This document shows, one piece after another, positions 10,484 through 21,431 of a stretch of 64,000 nt of DNA. The translations under genes and the position numbers were made by a program. Position 1 is the first letter of the stretch; every line of letters starts with the position of its first letter. This DNA comes from Podarcis gaigeae. Lineage: Eukaryota. Location of the stretch: NCBI GenBank assembly GCA_964106915.2, contig OZ066923.1; one strand, written 5' to 3'. The notes below the pieces were generated by a model that was not told the origin of the DNA, made no database searches, and worked only from the letters and a program-made list of their open reading frames with translations.

Positions 10484-13400
10484 AAATAATATGTGAAACA
10501 TTTGCATTTTCAAACATAAACATATGCTAGTTTGATCCATGTGAAAAAGAAAGAACGAACAGAAAAGAAAAAGACATACATTGGATGCTAGGCCGTTTCT
10601 TTGCTGAAATACCCCCATTTATACACACAACCTACCTGTGCACCCAGCGTGTTTTCCTTGCTTAGCAGGATCTGACAAGGAAGCAGGAGGGCTCTGGCAT
10701 GCTCAGGGGGTTCCTGACTTTGCATGATTTTGCCTTTGCATGCAGACCCCCGGAAGTGAACTTTCACCTAAGTGACGGACCCAGCTGTAATGGCAAAAAG
10801 AGGACCAAGTGAAGTCCAAGTGCACTTTGGTGCTTGAAGAGAACTCTGGCATGCTGCATAATGATTAAGGTGCCGTGCCATAGTGCTCCCCTGGTTCCAT
10901 GTGGAAATCTTCTTGTTAAAAGTTATTCTACATATACCAGAACAGGGTTTCACCAGGCTTTTTGGAGTTATTTGCGTCATAACTCTCCTTCTAGGAGGGC
11001 TAGAGACTCACTGCTTTTTTAACGAAAGCTTAGAGGCTGGTACACCATTGAAGGCCTTCATGGATCACCGGTACCAGCAGTTAGAATTCTGGACACTATC
11101 AGTTCAGGTGCAGGCGAAGAGGGTTGATATTTTCTGAATGCATTTCCTGCATGTGATAAAACTAGCCCTTCAGGGAGACTGGCACGATAAACCTCTCTTC
11201 TAGAGTACCAAGACAGAAATATATATGAGAAAATTAAAGAATAGGACCCAAACTATGGTGGTTAGAATTGGAGGGGAGGAAAGCCCAAATTCAGATCCCT
11301 ACATGGCCATGATGATTTCTGGGCGCCCTTGGGCTGATCACTTGCTCTTAGCCTAAACTACCTCAAAGGGTTGTTGTAAGGATAAAATGGGATGGGATGA
11401 ATCCTGCATGATGCCTCGAGAAAAGAGGGGATATAAACACAATAATTACATTCTAGACACCATGTGTCAAGTGTAGTTTTCTGAGTCTACAGAGGTCACC
11501 ATTTCCATGATACCTCGATGTGTTCAGACTTGGTGCTCCAAGTTTTATTGAGGTAGTAAAGCTGCTGATTCACTTTGTCCTTAAATGGACAAAGGCGAAC
11601 CTACCCTAAATTCTGTGCGTCAGATGCTCAACCCAGTGGCATTATTTTCCAAGTGGAGTTTGCAGGGTTTTTGGATGCAACTGGGGACAGTGACATTTAC
11701 CGTATACCTGTGAAATAAATGCAGGGTTTCTTCTTTTAAGTCAGTACCCTGGATAATATCTCCTGCACCTGGTGACCGGGTAATGTATTTGTCATTTCTC
11801 CCTGCAGCTTCATTCATGTATGGAACACCCTCCCTGCACCTTGAAAGGGAATATATGGGGGACAAAACCATATTGCCAGCCAGAGTTTGTCCACACTTGC
11901 TCTTTTGTTGACTGCAGGGGATTCTCATTGTATACACTTGTAGCAGCTCTGTGGCCCTGATCATACCCCTCGAGGTGTGATGGAAACAGTAAATGTTTTA
12001 TTAGCGAAGAACTCCATTGCAATTTAATATTTGAAACATAAAGAGTGCAGCAGCTAGAGTGATGGGGCCTAACTACTTGTTACATTAATTGTGTGGCCTG
12101 CGGGAGTTAAATGTTTTAATCTGAGGTGTATGGGGGTGGATTTTCACCGTGACTGCAGTGAAGGGAGATTTGACTCCTCCTTTTCTAGGGAGGGAACATG
12201 TGGAGCCGGGAAGGTCTGGGTACCCTCTCTTTTGTCTTTCTCCTGCCCGTTCCCCAAATTGTGCCTGGAGCCAGGGGGCTGAAACCTCTTCCCCCCACAA
12301 CCCTCACGCAGAACTCAGACAACCCAGCTTCAGTCTGATTTATTTATTCGAGGCAACCCCAAAATGGCACCTTGAATTCCCCCAGCCACCGCCAATTACA
12401 GCAGCTAAGGCTGGGAGGGGAGGCTCCGGCTTGTCTCCATGTCACATGTATGATGTCATGTGTGTAAACCCCCCATGGCACAAGGTGGCGCCCAGCTCAG
12501 TTAACGTCCTGTATTGGAGTCTGGCTGAAGAGAAACCTCTTCCTATTTTATGTCATTCATTGCTGGTGTACAATTAACTGGGGCGGTCTATATTTTGTTG
12601 AATGAAAAAAAAAAAAACAATTTTCAAGCAGCAATTTTGAATAACAAAAAGTTGGTGGGCAAACATGCTTTTTAATTTTGTCTTGTTGAAGCCTTTGTTG
12701 TCAAGATCCGCTTTGACTGACCGTTTGGGGTGTATGCCGGAGAGTTGGCTTTTGCAACCCTGCCTTGAACTTTAGGGCATTTTACTGTAAAATGAATAGT
12801 TTAAAGTAAACATTTGTCCATGGATCCATGCTGGTAGCATGGGAAGAAGACTAACACAGAACGTCTGGCTTTCGGTTGATTGTATAGAAATAGATCATTA
12901 TAATGCAAACTGTTTTGACATTTACTAGAGCACTGCTGTCTATTTGCCAAGATTGTTATTTCCAGCAACACAAAAACAAGATCTTACTTCTCCCTCTGCC
13001 CCGCTCTTTCTCTTTTGAGCCCTTTCCTTCCGCCTTTGAAACAGGCTGATAAGACTACATTCCTCTGGTGGAAAGGAAAATGTAAGACCTCTGTATGTTG
13101 GAAGTGTAGAAGCTGATATATGTCGTTCATGTATTGTAAATGCTGGGAAAGTGAAGCGGAGTTTATGGCAACATATTTTCTCCCAGGGCTGCTATAGTTA
13201 AAGGTGTGTTGGTGTGTTAGCTCCATTATAAACCTGTGTTCTCCAAGGTTTACAATCCTCTTTAAGCGTTGGCGTGCTAGTCTTGATTTGTAATATGTTA
13301 TGGGGGTTGGGTGGGCAATTCACATGCAGGCTTATTCCAATTGATGTTGAGGCAAAGGAGGCGAGTTGGTGCCAGTGTTGCTTTAATAGCGCGGCAGCCA

Positions 13401-14164
13401 GCGATGTAATCTCAGCGCACACCTATTTTTCCAACAGATTTAATTGGAGTTATGGAGCTTATCTAGGGGAGCACATTGATGCAGCCATTCCTTTTTACCT
13501 TCAGTCTCCTTGTTCAAACTCTTTGGAGCCCAGCACATGGAGGTGGGTGCTGAATGGCTGTGTTTGGTGGGAAGCTTGTTTGCTTGAAATAAGTAAACAA
13601 CTTTATTATTTTCTTGCATGCAAACAGATCCCCTTGTGGATATGGGGGGTACAGTCTCAGTATGAGGATTTTGCATCCCCAGAAATATGTCGACCAACAT
13701 TGGCGTACGGTGACATTTTTCACAGGGGAACAGTTAAGGCCAGAGGTGCCAGCTTGTGAAGCTGATTAGGGAGGGAGGCATGATGCTCATGTGCGGGACA
13801 TCGTGCGCATCAGCATCACATCACCCTCCCTAAACTGGGCAGAAGCTTCGCAAGCTTTGGGAAGGAGGTGCCAGGGAAACATTTAAGGTATACTAGTCTA
13901 GTCCCCCTAGTCCACTGACTGTTTACTACTGTCTGCCAACCAGGCTTTAGTCATGGCTACCCATGAATGAAGGATTATTTCTTAATAATAATTTTATTAT
14001 TGATACCTCTCCCATCTGGCTGGGTTTCCCCAGCCACACATCCATATCTTACTGCCTTTCCTCCAAGGCATGCATTGAGCTGCCTTAGGGCCAAACTAGA
14101 AAAACCCCTGGCTCTTTTGGCACTGGAAGAAAATCCTACATTGGCTCCACTGAGCTCACCTCCA

Positions 14165-14305
14165 AACCATACATTTAAAGCACTATTATACCACTTTTAA
14201 CGGTCATGGCTTCCCCCAAAGAATCCTGGGATCTGTAGTTTCCCCATCACAAAGCTACAGTTCCCAGGATTCTTTGCAAGAAGCCATGCACTTTAAAGGT
14301 GCTTA
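14165..14305. mobile_element. Palindromic MITE (CATGGCTTCCCCCAAAGAATCCTGGG family)
   Basis: Inverted arms catggcttcccccaaagaatcctggga / tcccaggattctttgcaagaagccatg; same family at 39980-40135 and 46451-46781. Confidence 0.75.
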
Positions 14306-14845
14306 AACAGTGACCTAAGTGATTCCCCACATCCCAACAAGTACTGGTTTGAGAACTCACATTCATATGTCTGTTCTGTCCTGCTTATGCATTAATCTGT
14401 TTATCCACAAGGATAAAAGCATGGTTTTTGAAGACCACCCCCCACAAAATACACATTGTACCCTGAGCTATTTGAATGCCTTCTGTTATTTGAATGCCTT
14501 CTGTCATTTTTTAAATGAAGATTTGTATTATTATTATTATTATTTTATTTTATATACAGCTTAATGCTGAAATAGGTTTCTAAGTGGCTTACAAAATATA
14601 AAAACCTCTTACTCAAAATAAAATTATTTTTATGTGAACACATAAAAATATAAATATTTATAATTTTAAACAACCAAAGGTAGTGTTAACATGAATGGCT
14701 CTGGATCATAAAATAACTACTTCTACATACTAAAAAAAAAGAGGGTTTACAAATTTGCATACACTTTTCACGTGCTAATTTATATGTATAGAATATGTCT
14801 ATGTAATTTATATGTATAGGTATAGAAGCAAATTTAGAAATACTT

Positions 14846-14989
14846 CATAGAATCATAGAGTTGGAAGGGACCATGAGGATCATCTAGTCCAACCCCCTGC
14901 AATGCAGGAATATGAGGCTGCTCCATACAGGGATCGAACCCTCAACCTTGGCATTATCAGCACCACACTCTAACTAACTGAGTTATCCA
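14846..14989 (-). mobile_element. SINE with a tRNA-Ile-like head and a CR1-derived 3' tail
   Basis: Minus strand ggataactcagttagttagagtgtggtgctgataatgccaaggttgagggttcgatccc is close to tRNA-Ile; tail ends in the CR1-type (ATTCTATG)n repeat. Confidence 0.85.
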
Positions 14990-16660
14990 TCTTATTCTTA
15001 CTAAAACACTCCATCTCACCATTGTGAAGAAGACTGTGACCTGGTGGCCTATGTGCTTGCTCAGCCTGGGGCCCAGATGCTGACTGTTAAGAGCTCACGG
15101 CTCCTGCTCACCTTTCTTAGCAACCGTACATTGCTATGCAAGATCATAGGATGCTGCCATTGGTCCATCTGGCTCAGTGAATGTAAAGACTGAAGGAAAA
15201 CTCCCTCCTTGCTGAGAGGGATAGTCTGCTGTAATTTCCCTGTCTTCGAGTTTAATGCAGTTGCTTTCTGGACAGCGGTAAAGTGGCAGAGCATGTATTG
15301 ATCCAGAGTGACTAACATCTGGAAGCCGCTGGCATTATTAATACAATAAAGTAAGGGTGTCTCTGTGAACTACTCTGCAGTGCTGGGGAACTGGATAACA
15401 CTTTTAGTAGTCTCTAGAGAACGCTGGGGTGGCATTCATTTTGTTACACAGCTCAGGGAGCATAACATGATTTGGTAATAGCAGGGCCAAGTCACCTTAG
15501 AATTAAACTTTGTTAGCAATTTTATTTTTACAATAAGAGTAGAAAATGCCAGATATTAGAGAAGCCACAAATGTTAAATCAAAGCTGTTCCCTTGGGAGA
15601 AACTATATATTCTGTTCTTTTATAGTTCTGGGAATTCAGGCAGTTGAGTGCCCATTTCTCAGAGCTGCTCAAGGAAAACACAGACATCTGATTCTCAAGA
15701 AATATGGCCAAACTGCAAAAAAACTTTGTGTTTGTGTGTTTAATTCTTTTTAAAAAGCCATCATCACTAGACTTGGGCTTGTTCCAGAAGCTGGATATCT
15801 AGTTTTACGTTCTAGCTTTTAAGCAACCAGTGACAACTAGTAGGATTTTGTTGAAACAATGTGCTATGTTAGAAGAAGGTTATTGGTGAATTTGAATGGT
15901 GACTAGATGTCTCTCCTCAAATTTGGGTTGCAGGTATTACTGCAACTAGTTTGTCTTGGTGCATGGCTGCTGAAGTCTACATGCATGAGCAGTGGCCTGT
16001 CAGGGGAGGGAGAAACTGGAAAAGTCATCTGCTATAGGCTCCCTCTATGGATAAAATGCCTTAGGGTGCTTCTAGAGACTGTCTGTTTTTTTGGTGCGAT
16101 TCAGTCACAAGCAGGCAAATAGAAGTGGCACAGGGAAAGCTGATTTGGTGCTGTTGCACAACAAACCCACTTCTCCCCTTGTCTCATCAGATTTCTTGCC
16201 AGAAGCAAAGTGATGGGGAAATTCAGTGGAAAGTGGGATAATATATACTTGAATGCCACTGTGGATGTGGGGTAAGCAGAATGGAGGCTGTAGAATGTGG
16301 TGGTGGTGGGAGGGGGGGTTGCTCAGCCCTGGGGAAAAATCATATTCCCACTCCCCATAGGTGCCGCTTTTCCCTGAGAGAGAATCTTCTGTTGGCACTT
16401 AGGGAAGCTTTCCTGTCAAGACAGGTAGCAGTTTGGAGAAGGTGGGAGTGAATTTTATCATGACTGTAGCAGCGGAGGGGAAAGGGTTAAGCCTCTTTCC
16501 CATGTGCCACAGTCCTGATTCTGCTCACCTATGCAGCTGCTATTTACATTTCAAAATGGAAATTAAGTTGCTTTCCGACAACGAACAACACTTATAGATT
16601 GCCCCTTGTATTGATTTTAAACAGAGTTTAAATAATGTTTATCTGCATTCCTTCATTTTT

Positions 16661-16662
<2 letters not shown>

Positions 16663-16710
<48 letters not shown>
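16663..16710. repeat. (GATA)n microsatellite
   Basis: About 12 perfect GATA units. Confidence 0.97.
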
Positions 16711-17254
16711 CTCTGTCTATCTGTCTTAGGGTGAAGTGCTGGAAAACATCAGAACAAAAATCCATCAAACCCCCAAATTTACAGTGCATTACAAAAATAA
16801 GGACGCCTCAAACTCAAACAGCCATCCACAATACAGCACCATAAACAAGTCAGTAAAAACCATCACTCAGAATAGCTGAGTAATAAAAGATAAGCAAATG
16901 GTTTTGGTGAACAGGTAGGTCTTTCAAAGGAATCGGGAAGGTGTTGCAATGAAGAGGGAATTTCAGCTGGATGTTACTTTCATTCACCCTGGTTGTAAGA
17001 TAACTTGGTTCTCCTCCTGCCTGAGGGGGGATAGAGATCAAAGGTGGCCACAGTTGCAGACCTAACTAGAACATTTGGGAAAGTTTTATGGAGTTGGGAA
17101 TCAGGTGTGGCTCACTACCAGTCCTGATCTGTCTCTCTCACACTCACACATTCCTTCATACATTCAGGCTGGGTTTGATGGGAGCTATAGTCCAAAACAT
17201 CCCAAGGGTTGGGGAAAGTCTGGTCTTCACCATCTGTGATTGAAAACTCAATGA

Positions 17255-17515
17255 TTGGAGGGAGTGTTGCTTGGTGATAGAGCACAAACTTTGCAGGCCA
17301 AAAGTCCTAGGTCTAGTTTCCAGTGAAAAAAGTCTTGGGGAGGGCATTGGGGGGCAGGACTTGGGGGAGGGCCTTGCTGGCAGAGACCTTCTGCCAGTCA
17401 AAGTTGGCAGCACTGACTTTGATGGATCAAGTCTTATATTTATAAGAAGAACCTGCTGGATGAGGCCTAGTCTGGTCCAGCATCCTGTTCTCACAGTGGC
17501 CAACCAAATGCCTAT
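17255..17515. mobile_element. Old tRNA-derived SINE (+) followed by a CR1 3'-end fragment (-)
   Basis: gatagagcacaaactttgcaggccaaaagtcctaggt head; then aagaagaacctgctggat...ccagcatcctgttctcacagtggccaacc. Confidence 0.6.
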
Positions 17516-18213
17516 AGGACTTAATGTAAGGCCCCCTCATATCTTCACTGGGCTCCCGATCGAATGCTAAGGATTACATTGCCATGGAGACTGATTCTTC
17601 CTTTCCTTCCAGAGATGAACCTTGCTAACACATATTAGCAGTTCTGCGAAGAAGGAAACTTGCCCTCCCACTGCCTGACGGAGTCTTAATCTTTGAGTAG
17701 CACATTTCTAGAGCTGTCTGTCGAACATCGTTCCTATTAATCAGCAGAGCCATTCCCAAATCTTCATATTGTCTAGGATATTTTCTATTAAAAAGTGATA
17801 AAGAAGTTCCTTCGATTTCTCACCTACTGCCTTCCAGGCTTTTAAATCTATAGGTCACGAGAGCGAGCTGGTTCTTATCTTTTATTCATCCCTTGTAGCA
17901 AAACCTGTGGGCTAGCTCTGATATCTCAGGCAGCAACTATGTAAATATTTATTGATGCTGCAGTCATTAAAGGGGGTGGGGGAGAAGGAGTTGCTTGGGC
18001 CCACTGATGCCGGAAACTCTCAATTCTGCATCTGTTAGGCAGCAAGAAGAGGAAAAGTTGGCATTTTTGGTTTGGAGTTAGACTGCGTCAAACTGACGTT
18101 CTTGGTTCCTCTTTCATTGCAGATTACCATCTGTATAAGAGTTGGACGGCTCTTACCACCTAAACTGAGACTTCCCTTCTTTTTCCTGCTCTACCGGTCT
18201 ACAGCTGCTGTTG

Positions 18214-18317
18214 ATGAAAATGGGACTAATGGCTGTCTCTGGTCTCGGCTTTGTGGAAATGAATGGTACAGCACTGACGGTGACCTTACTGGCAATTCTC
18301 TTGATCCTCTTGGGCTG
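18214..18317 (+). CDS. TBXAS1: Thromboxane A synthase 1 (CYP5A1), first coding exon (N-terminal signal-anchor)
   Basis: Manual translation from ATG 18214 gives MKMGLMAVSGLGFVEMNGTALTVTLLAILLILLG(W), resembling human [30 protein letters not shown]. Ends TG|GTAAGT (strong donor, phase 2), and the Trp codon is completed by the first G of exon 2. ATG 18220 has the best Kozak context (aaaATGg). Confidence 0.9.
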
Positions 18318-19117
18318 GTAAGTGGTTACGTTAAATGTTCAGTTTGGTATGAATACATTTTTAGGCAGCGTGAGTTCAGTATTCAATGAGTTCTGGGTTA
18401 AAATTGCAGCCCTGAAGACCAGTTTGAACGGTCTTCAGTGGGACTTAGCACATGCATAAGTGAGCCAGACCGCAGCCAGAATTTTCCTTTCTTTGAAGAT
18501 AGCAATTCCTGCAGTAACTGTATTGTTGCAAGAATTAATTGACAAAATTGATTGATTCCTTGTTTTAAAAATTTACTCTTGCATTTTAACTGGGCTCCCC
18601 TTCTGTAATCCCCTGGTGTTGTACACCATCTGTATATCTGTTGAGTAAAGTTTCACTAAGAGCATTTCCATAAGGTGTTATGTGTGAGAAACTGTTAGTG
18701 TAATTAAATACCTTGATGTGCTGTAATATTGACATCAATTAATAGATGGATAACAAGAAGGCTGATCGATTTAAATGTTCAGCTGGCTGACAACTCTAAA
18801 AAATGTATTGGAAACACACACTGTAGCTAACAGAGAACAAAGCTCCAAGTATTTGTTTAAATTGGGTAATTAAAACACATTTTAATTAAAGGCTATAGAT
18901 CGGTTCTTCTTCCCCTAAAGAATTTCCATAGAAGTTTATTATATTTTGTTTTTTTCCTGGATAACATTGTAATGAGGCTCTTATAGGTAATCAGCTCTTT
19001 AGTATGGATGTGTTTCAGGACTAGAATCCCCTTGGCAGTAAAAAGTTACCCAGGACAAACTTCCATAAGGTTGTATGGAAATAATATGCTGAAACAAAGG
19101 CAGACTCTTTGTAGATA

Positions 19118-19557
19118 TAGCCATGGGGGAGAAATTTGATTTGAGTTTGCATTTAAAGGTGAAATTGCCTAATTCATACTTTCTGAAATAATACCAGAGC
19201 TGAAACACAGCAGTCCTTTGAAATTTGCTCTTCTCCAAATATAGCAATGCAGTTTTCCGGCCAAGTAACATGTATAAAAACGCATATGCTGGAGTAAAGT
19301 GTTCATAAAAATGCACGCATTGCTGAATATAGCTTACAGAAATGCTTTACTTTAGGGGAAATTGCTTTGCAAAAATGTTGTGTGTGTGTGTGTAGTCAAA
19401 ATTGTATACATTTGGAGAAACACACCTTGAAATGCTGGTGAATTTTCTGAAGGGTTTTAAAATAAAATAAAATCTCAAACTGATGTGGAAATGTGCAGAA
19501 CTGAATTTAAGATTAAGAAAAACAAGAAACTGAAATTGACCGTTTTGCCCATTCCTA
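19118..19557 (+). mobile_element. Non-autonomous DNA transposon (TAGGGATGGG-like termini, probably hAT)
   Basis: Colinear similarity to 61736-62311 (gtttgcatttaaagg...gaaattt...tgatgtggaaat...cccattccta). Confidence 0.7.
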
Positions 19558-19829
19558 TATATGGGTGTGATCATGGTGCTGCTATGTGCACTGTGTCAGA
19601 CGCAGTAATCCTTGGTTTATCCTACACAATGTAGTTTCCTTTAATGAGTATATTCTAGTATGAGATGGTTCACCCTATGGAAGTGTTTATCCAAGGCCCG
19701 GTTGCAAATTCAGGATCTGTGATCTGAATCATCCCATGGACGAAATTGGATTGTGCCCATAGTAGTAAATTAAAAAATCACACACACCCCAGCTATTATT
19801 TATCCTGTGGGCAAAAACATGCAGGTACC

Positions 19830-20200
19830 ATAAGAATGTAAGGAGGAGAAACCTGCTTGGTCAGAGCAGCAGGCCTATTTTTTCCCACCATTTTGTTTTC
19901 CACCATGGCCAACCAGAAGACCACAAGCAAAACATGAACATAGATTCTATACGGCCAGAATTGACTTCGCCAATGGCTGCTATGATTAGGCACTACTTCC
20001 AGTATCAAAGGATACTGTTTGCTAGGGTTCATGAATGGAAGAGTGCTTTTGCATTCATATCTTGCTTCTGGACATCTGATTGGCCGCTGTGAGAATGGAA
20101 TGCTGGACTAGATGGGCTTTTGGTCTGATTCATCAGGGCTCTTCTTATGTCTAGTAACCATTGATAGCCTTATTCTCTATGAATTTATCCAATCCCTGTC
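19830..20200. mobile_element. Two CR1 3'-end fragments in opposite orientation
   Basis: cataagaatgtaagg...ggccaaccag (-) and gattggccgctgtgagaa..gctggactagatggg...cttcttatg (+). Confidence 0.6.
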
Positions 20201-20394
20201 TAGGTTGGTGGCTAACTCAAATCGGTACCTGTGAATAACCACTGTGGAGCAAGTATCTTTGGTGGAGGGTATATGTAGCAAGGTTAATTTGGGCAGGGGA
20301 GAAATAGTATGAAGGAAGGAATTAACCATGTTGGCTGTAAACATGGATTTTGAGGACTTCTTACATATTATTTGTGGTTCCAAAATCAAAGCGG

Positions 20395-20575
20395 AATGCA
20401 GGAAGCTCCCTTATACTAAGTCAGACCCCTCTAGTTTTACATTGTCTACCGTGACTGGCAATGGCTCTCCGTGGTTTTCAGGTCTTTTCTTAGCCCTACC
20501 TGGAAATGCCAGAAATTGAACCTGAGACATCCTGCATGCAGAAGAGATCTTCTTCTACTGGGCTGCAGCCCTTCA
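20395..20575 (-). mobile_element. Old tRNA-derived SINE
   Basis: cctggaaatgccagaaattgaacctgagacatcctgcatgca is the reverse complement of the 55961-type head. Confidence 0.6.
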
Positions 20576-21181
20576 CCTATTGCTGTTTGTAGAGTGTTGC
20601 AAAGAAAGAGTTGTATACCCCTGCATAAAGGAAAGATTGAACAAAATAGGTCTGCACATCACTACCATATGTCAAAAAGAAGGAGGGGGAAAATAATGCA
20701 ATGGAATAAAGGACTATGCTTATTGCTAGGGCACAAAGAAAATCCAAAGGACTGGAATGGCTGCTTCAGGTGGCTATCAGGAGAAAACCTGAGGCATTCT
20801 AAAATTATTATTCTTGCAATTAAACAATGAACATCATCATGTGTGGGTGTTTTGATATCATAATGTTTGTTGGTTACAAACAATAGAAAATTGACTGAGT
20901 ATCAATATTGCCACATTTAAGCAAATGTTCCTGAGGACATTTGTATGCTGGGTTTTAAGAAAGGGCAATAAAATTGGTCCTTTGCATTCCTGGGTGATCT
21001 CCTCACCTTTATTTTGCATTTAGTTTGTTTCGTAACAGATTGGTGTCAGCTGAAGTTACAACCCAGTCATGGCTCTTCTTGGTTTTTAGATATACATCTG
21101 CAAAAACTCTGTCCAAGCTCTGGTCATCTCTTGTTTAGACTGCCTCAGTGTTCTCTCAGCTGACTGACTGGTTCAAATTAT

Positions 21182-21431
21182 AAGAAGAAGAGTTTGGATT
21201 TTGGAGTTGATATCCCGCTTTATCACTACCCTAAGGAGTCTCAAAGTGGCTAACATTCTCCTTTCCCTTCCTCCCCCACAACAAACACTCTGTGAAGTGA
21301 GTGGGGCTGAGAGACTTCAGAGAAGTGTTGGCCCAAGGTCACCCAGCAGCTGCATGTGGAGGAGCGGGGAAGCGAACCCGGTTCACCAGATTACGAGTCT
21401 ACCGCTCTTAACCACTACACCACACTGGCCC
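21182..21431 (-). mobile_element. Squam3 SINE (lacertid type), full length
   Basis: Minus strand GGGCCAGTGTGGTGTAGTGGTTAAGAGCGG (A box)...GGGTTCGCTTCCC (B box)...(CTT)n tail. Confidence 0.9.

Noticed and set aside
13274-13759. 161-aa ORF
   Set aside because: Non-ATG start, no recognisable domain, composition typical of a random frame.
1-18000. HIPK2 exons expected from mammalian synteny
   Set aside because: No HIPK2-like peptide or CpG-island promoter was recognised in the window.
18072-18389. 105-aa ORF overlapping TBXAS1 exon 1
   Set aside because: It is in a different frame; the real coding frame starts at 18214/18220 and splices at 18317.
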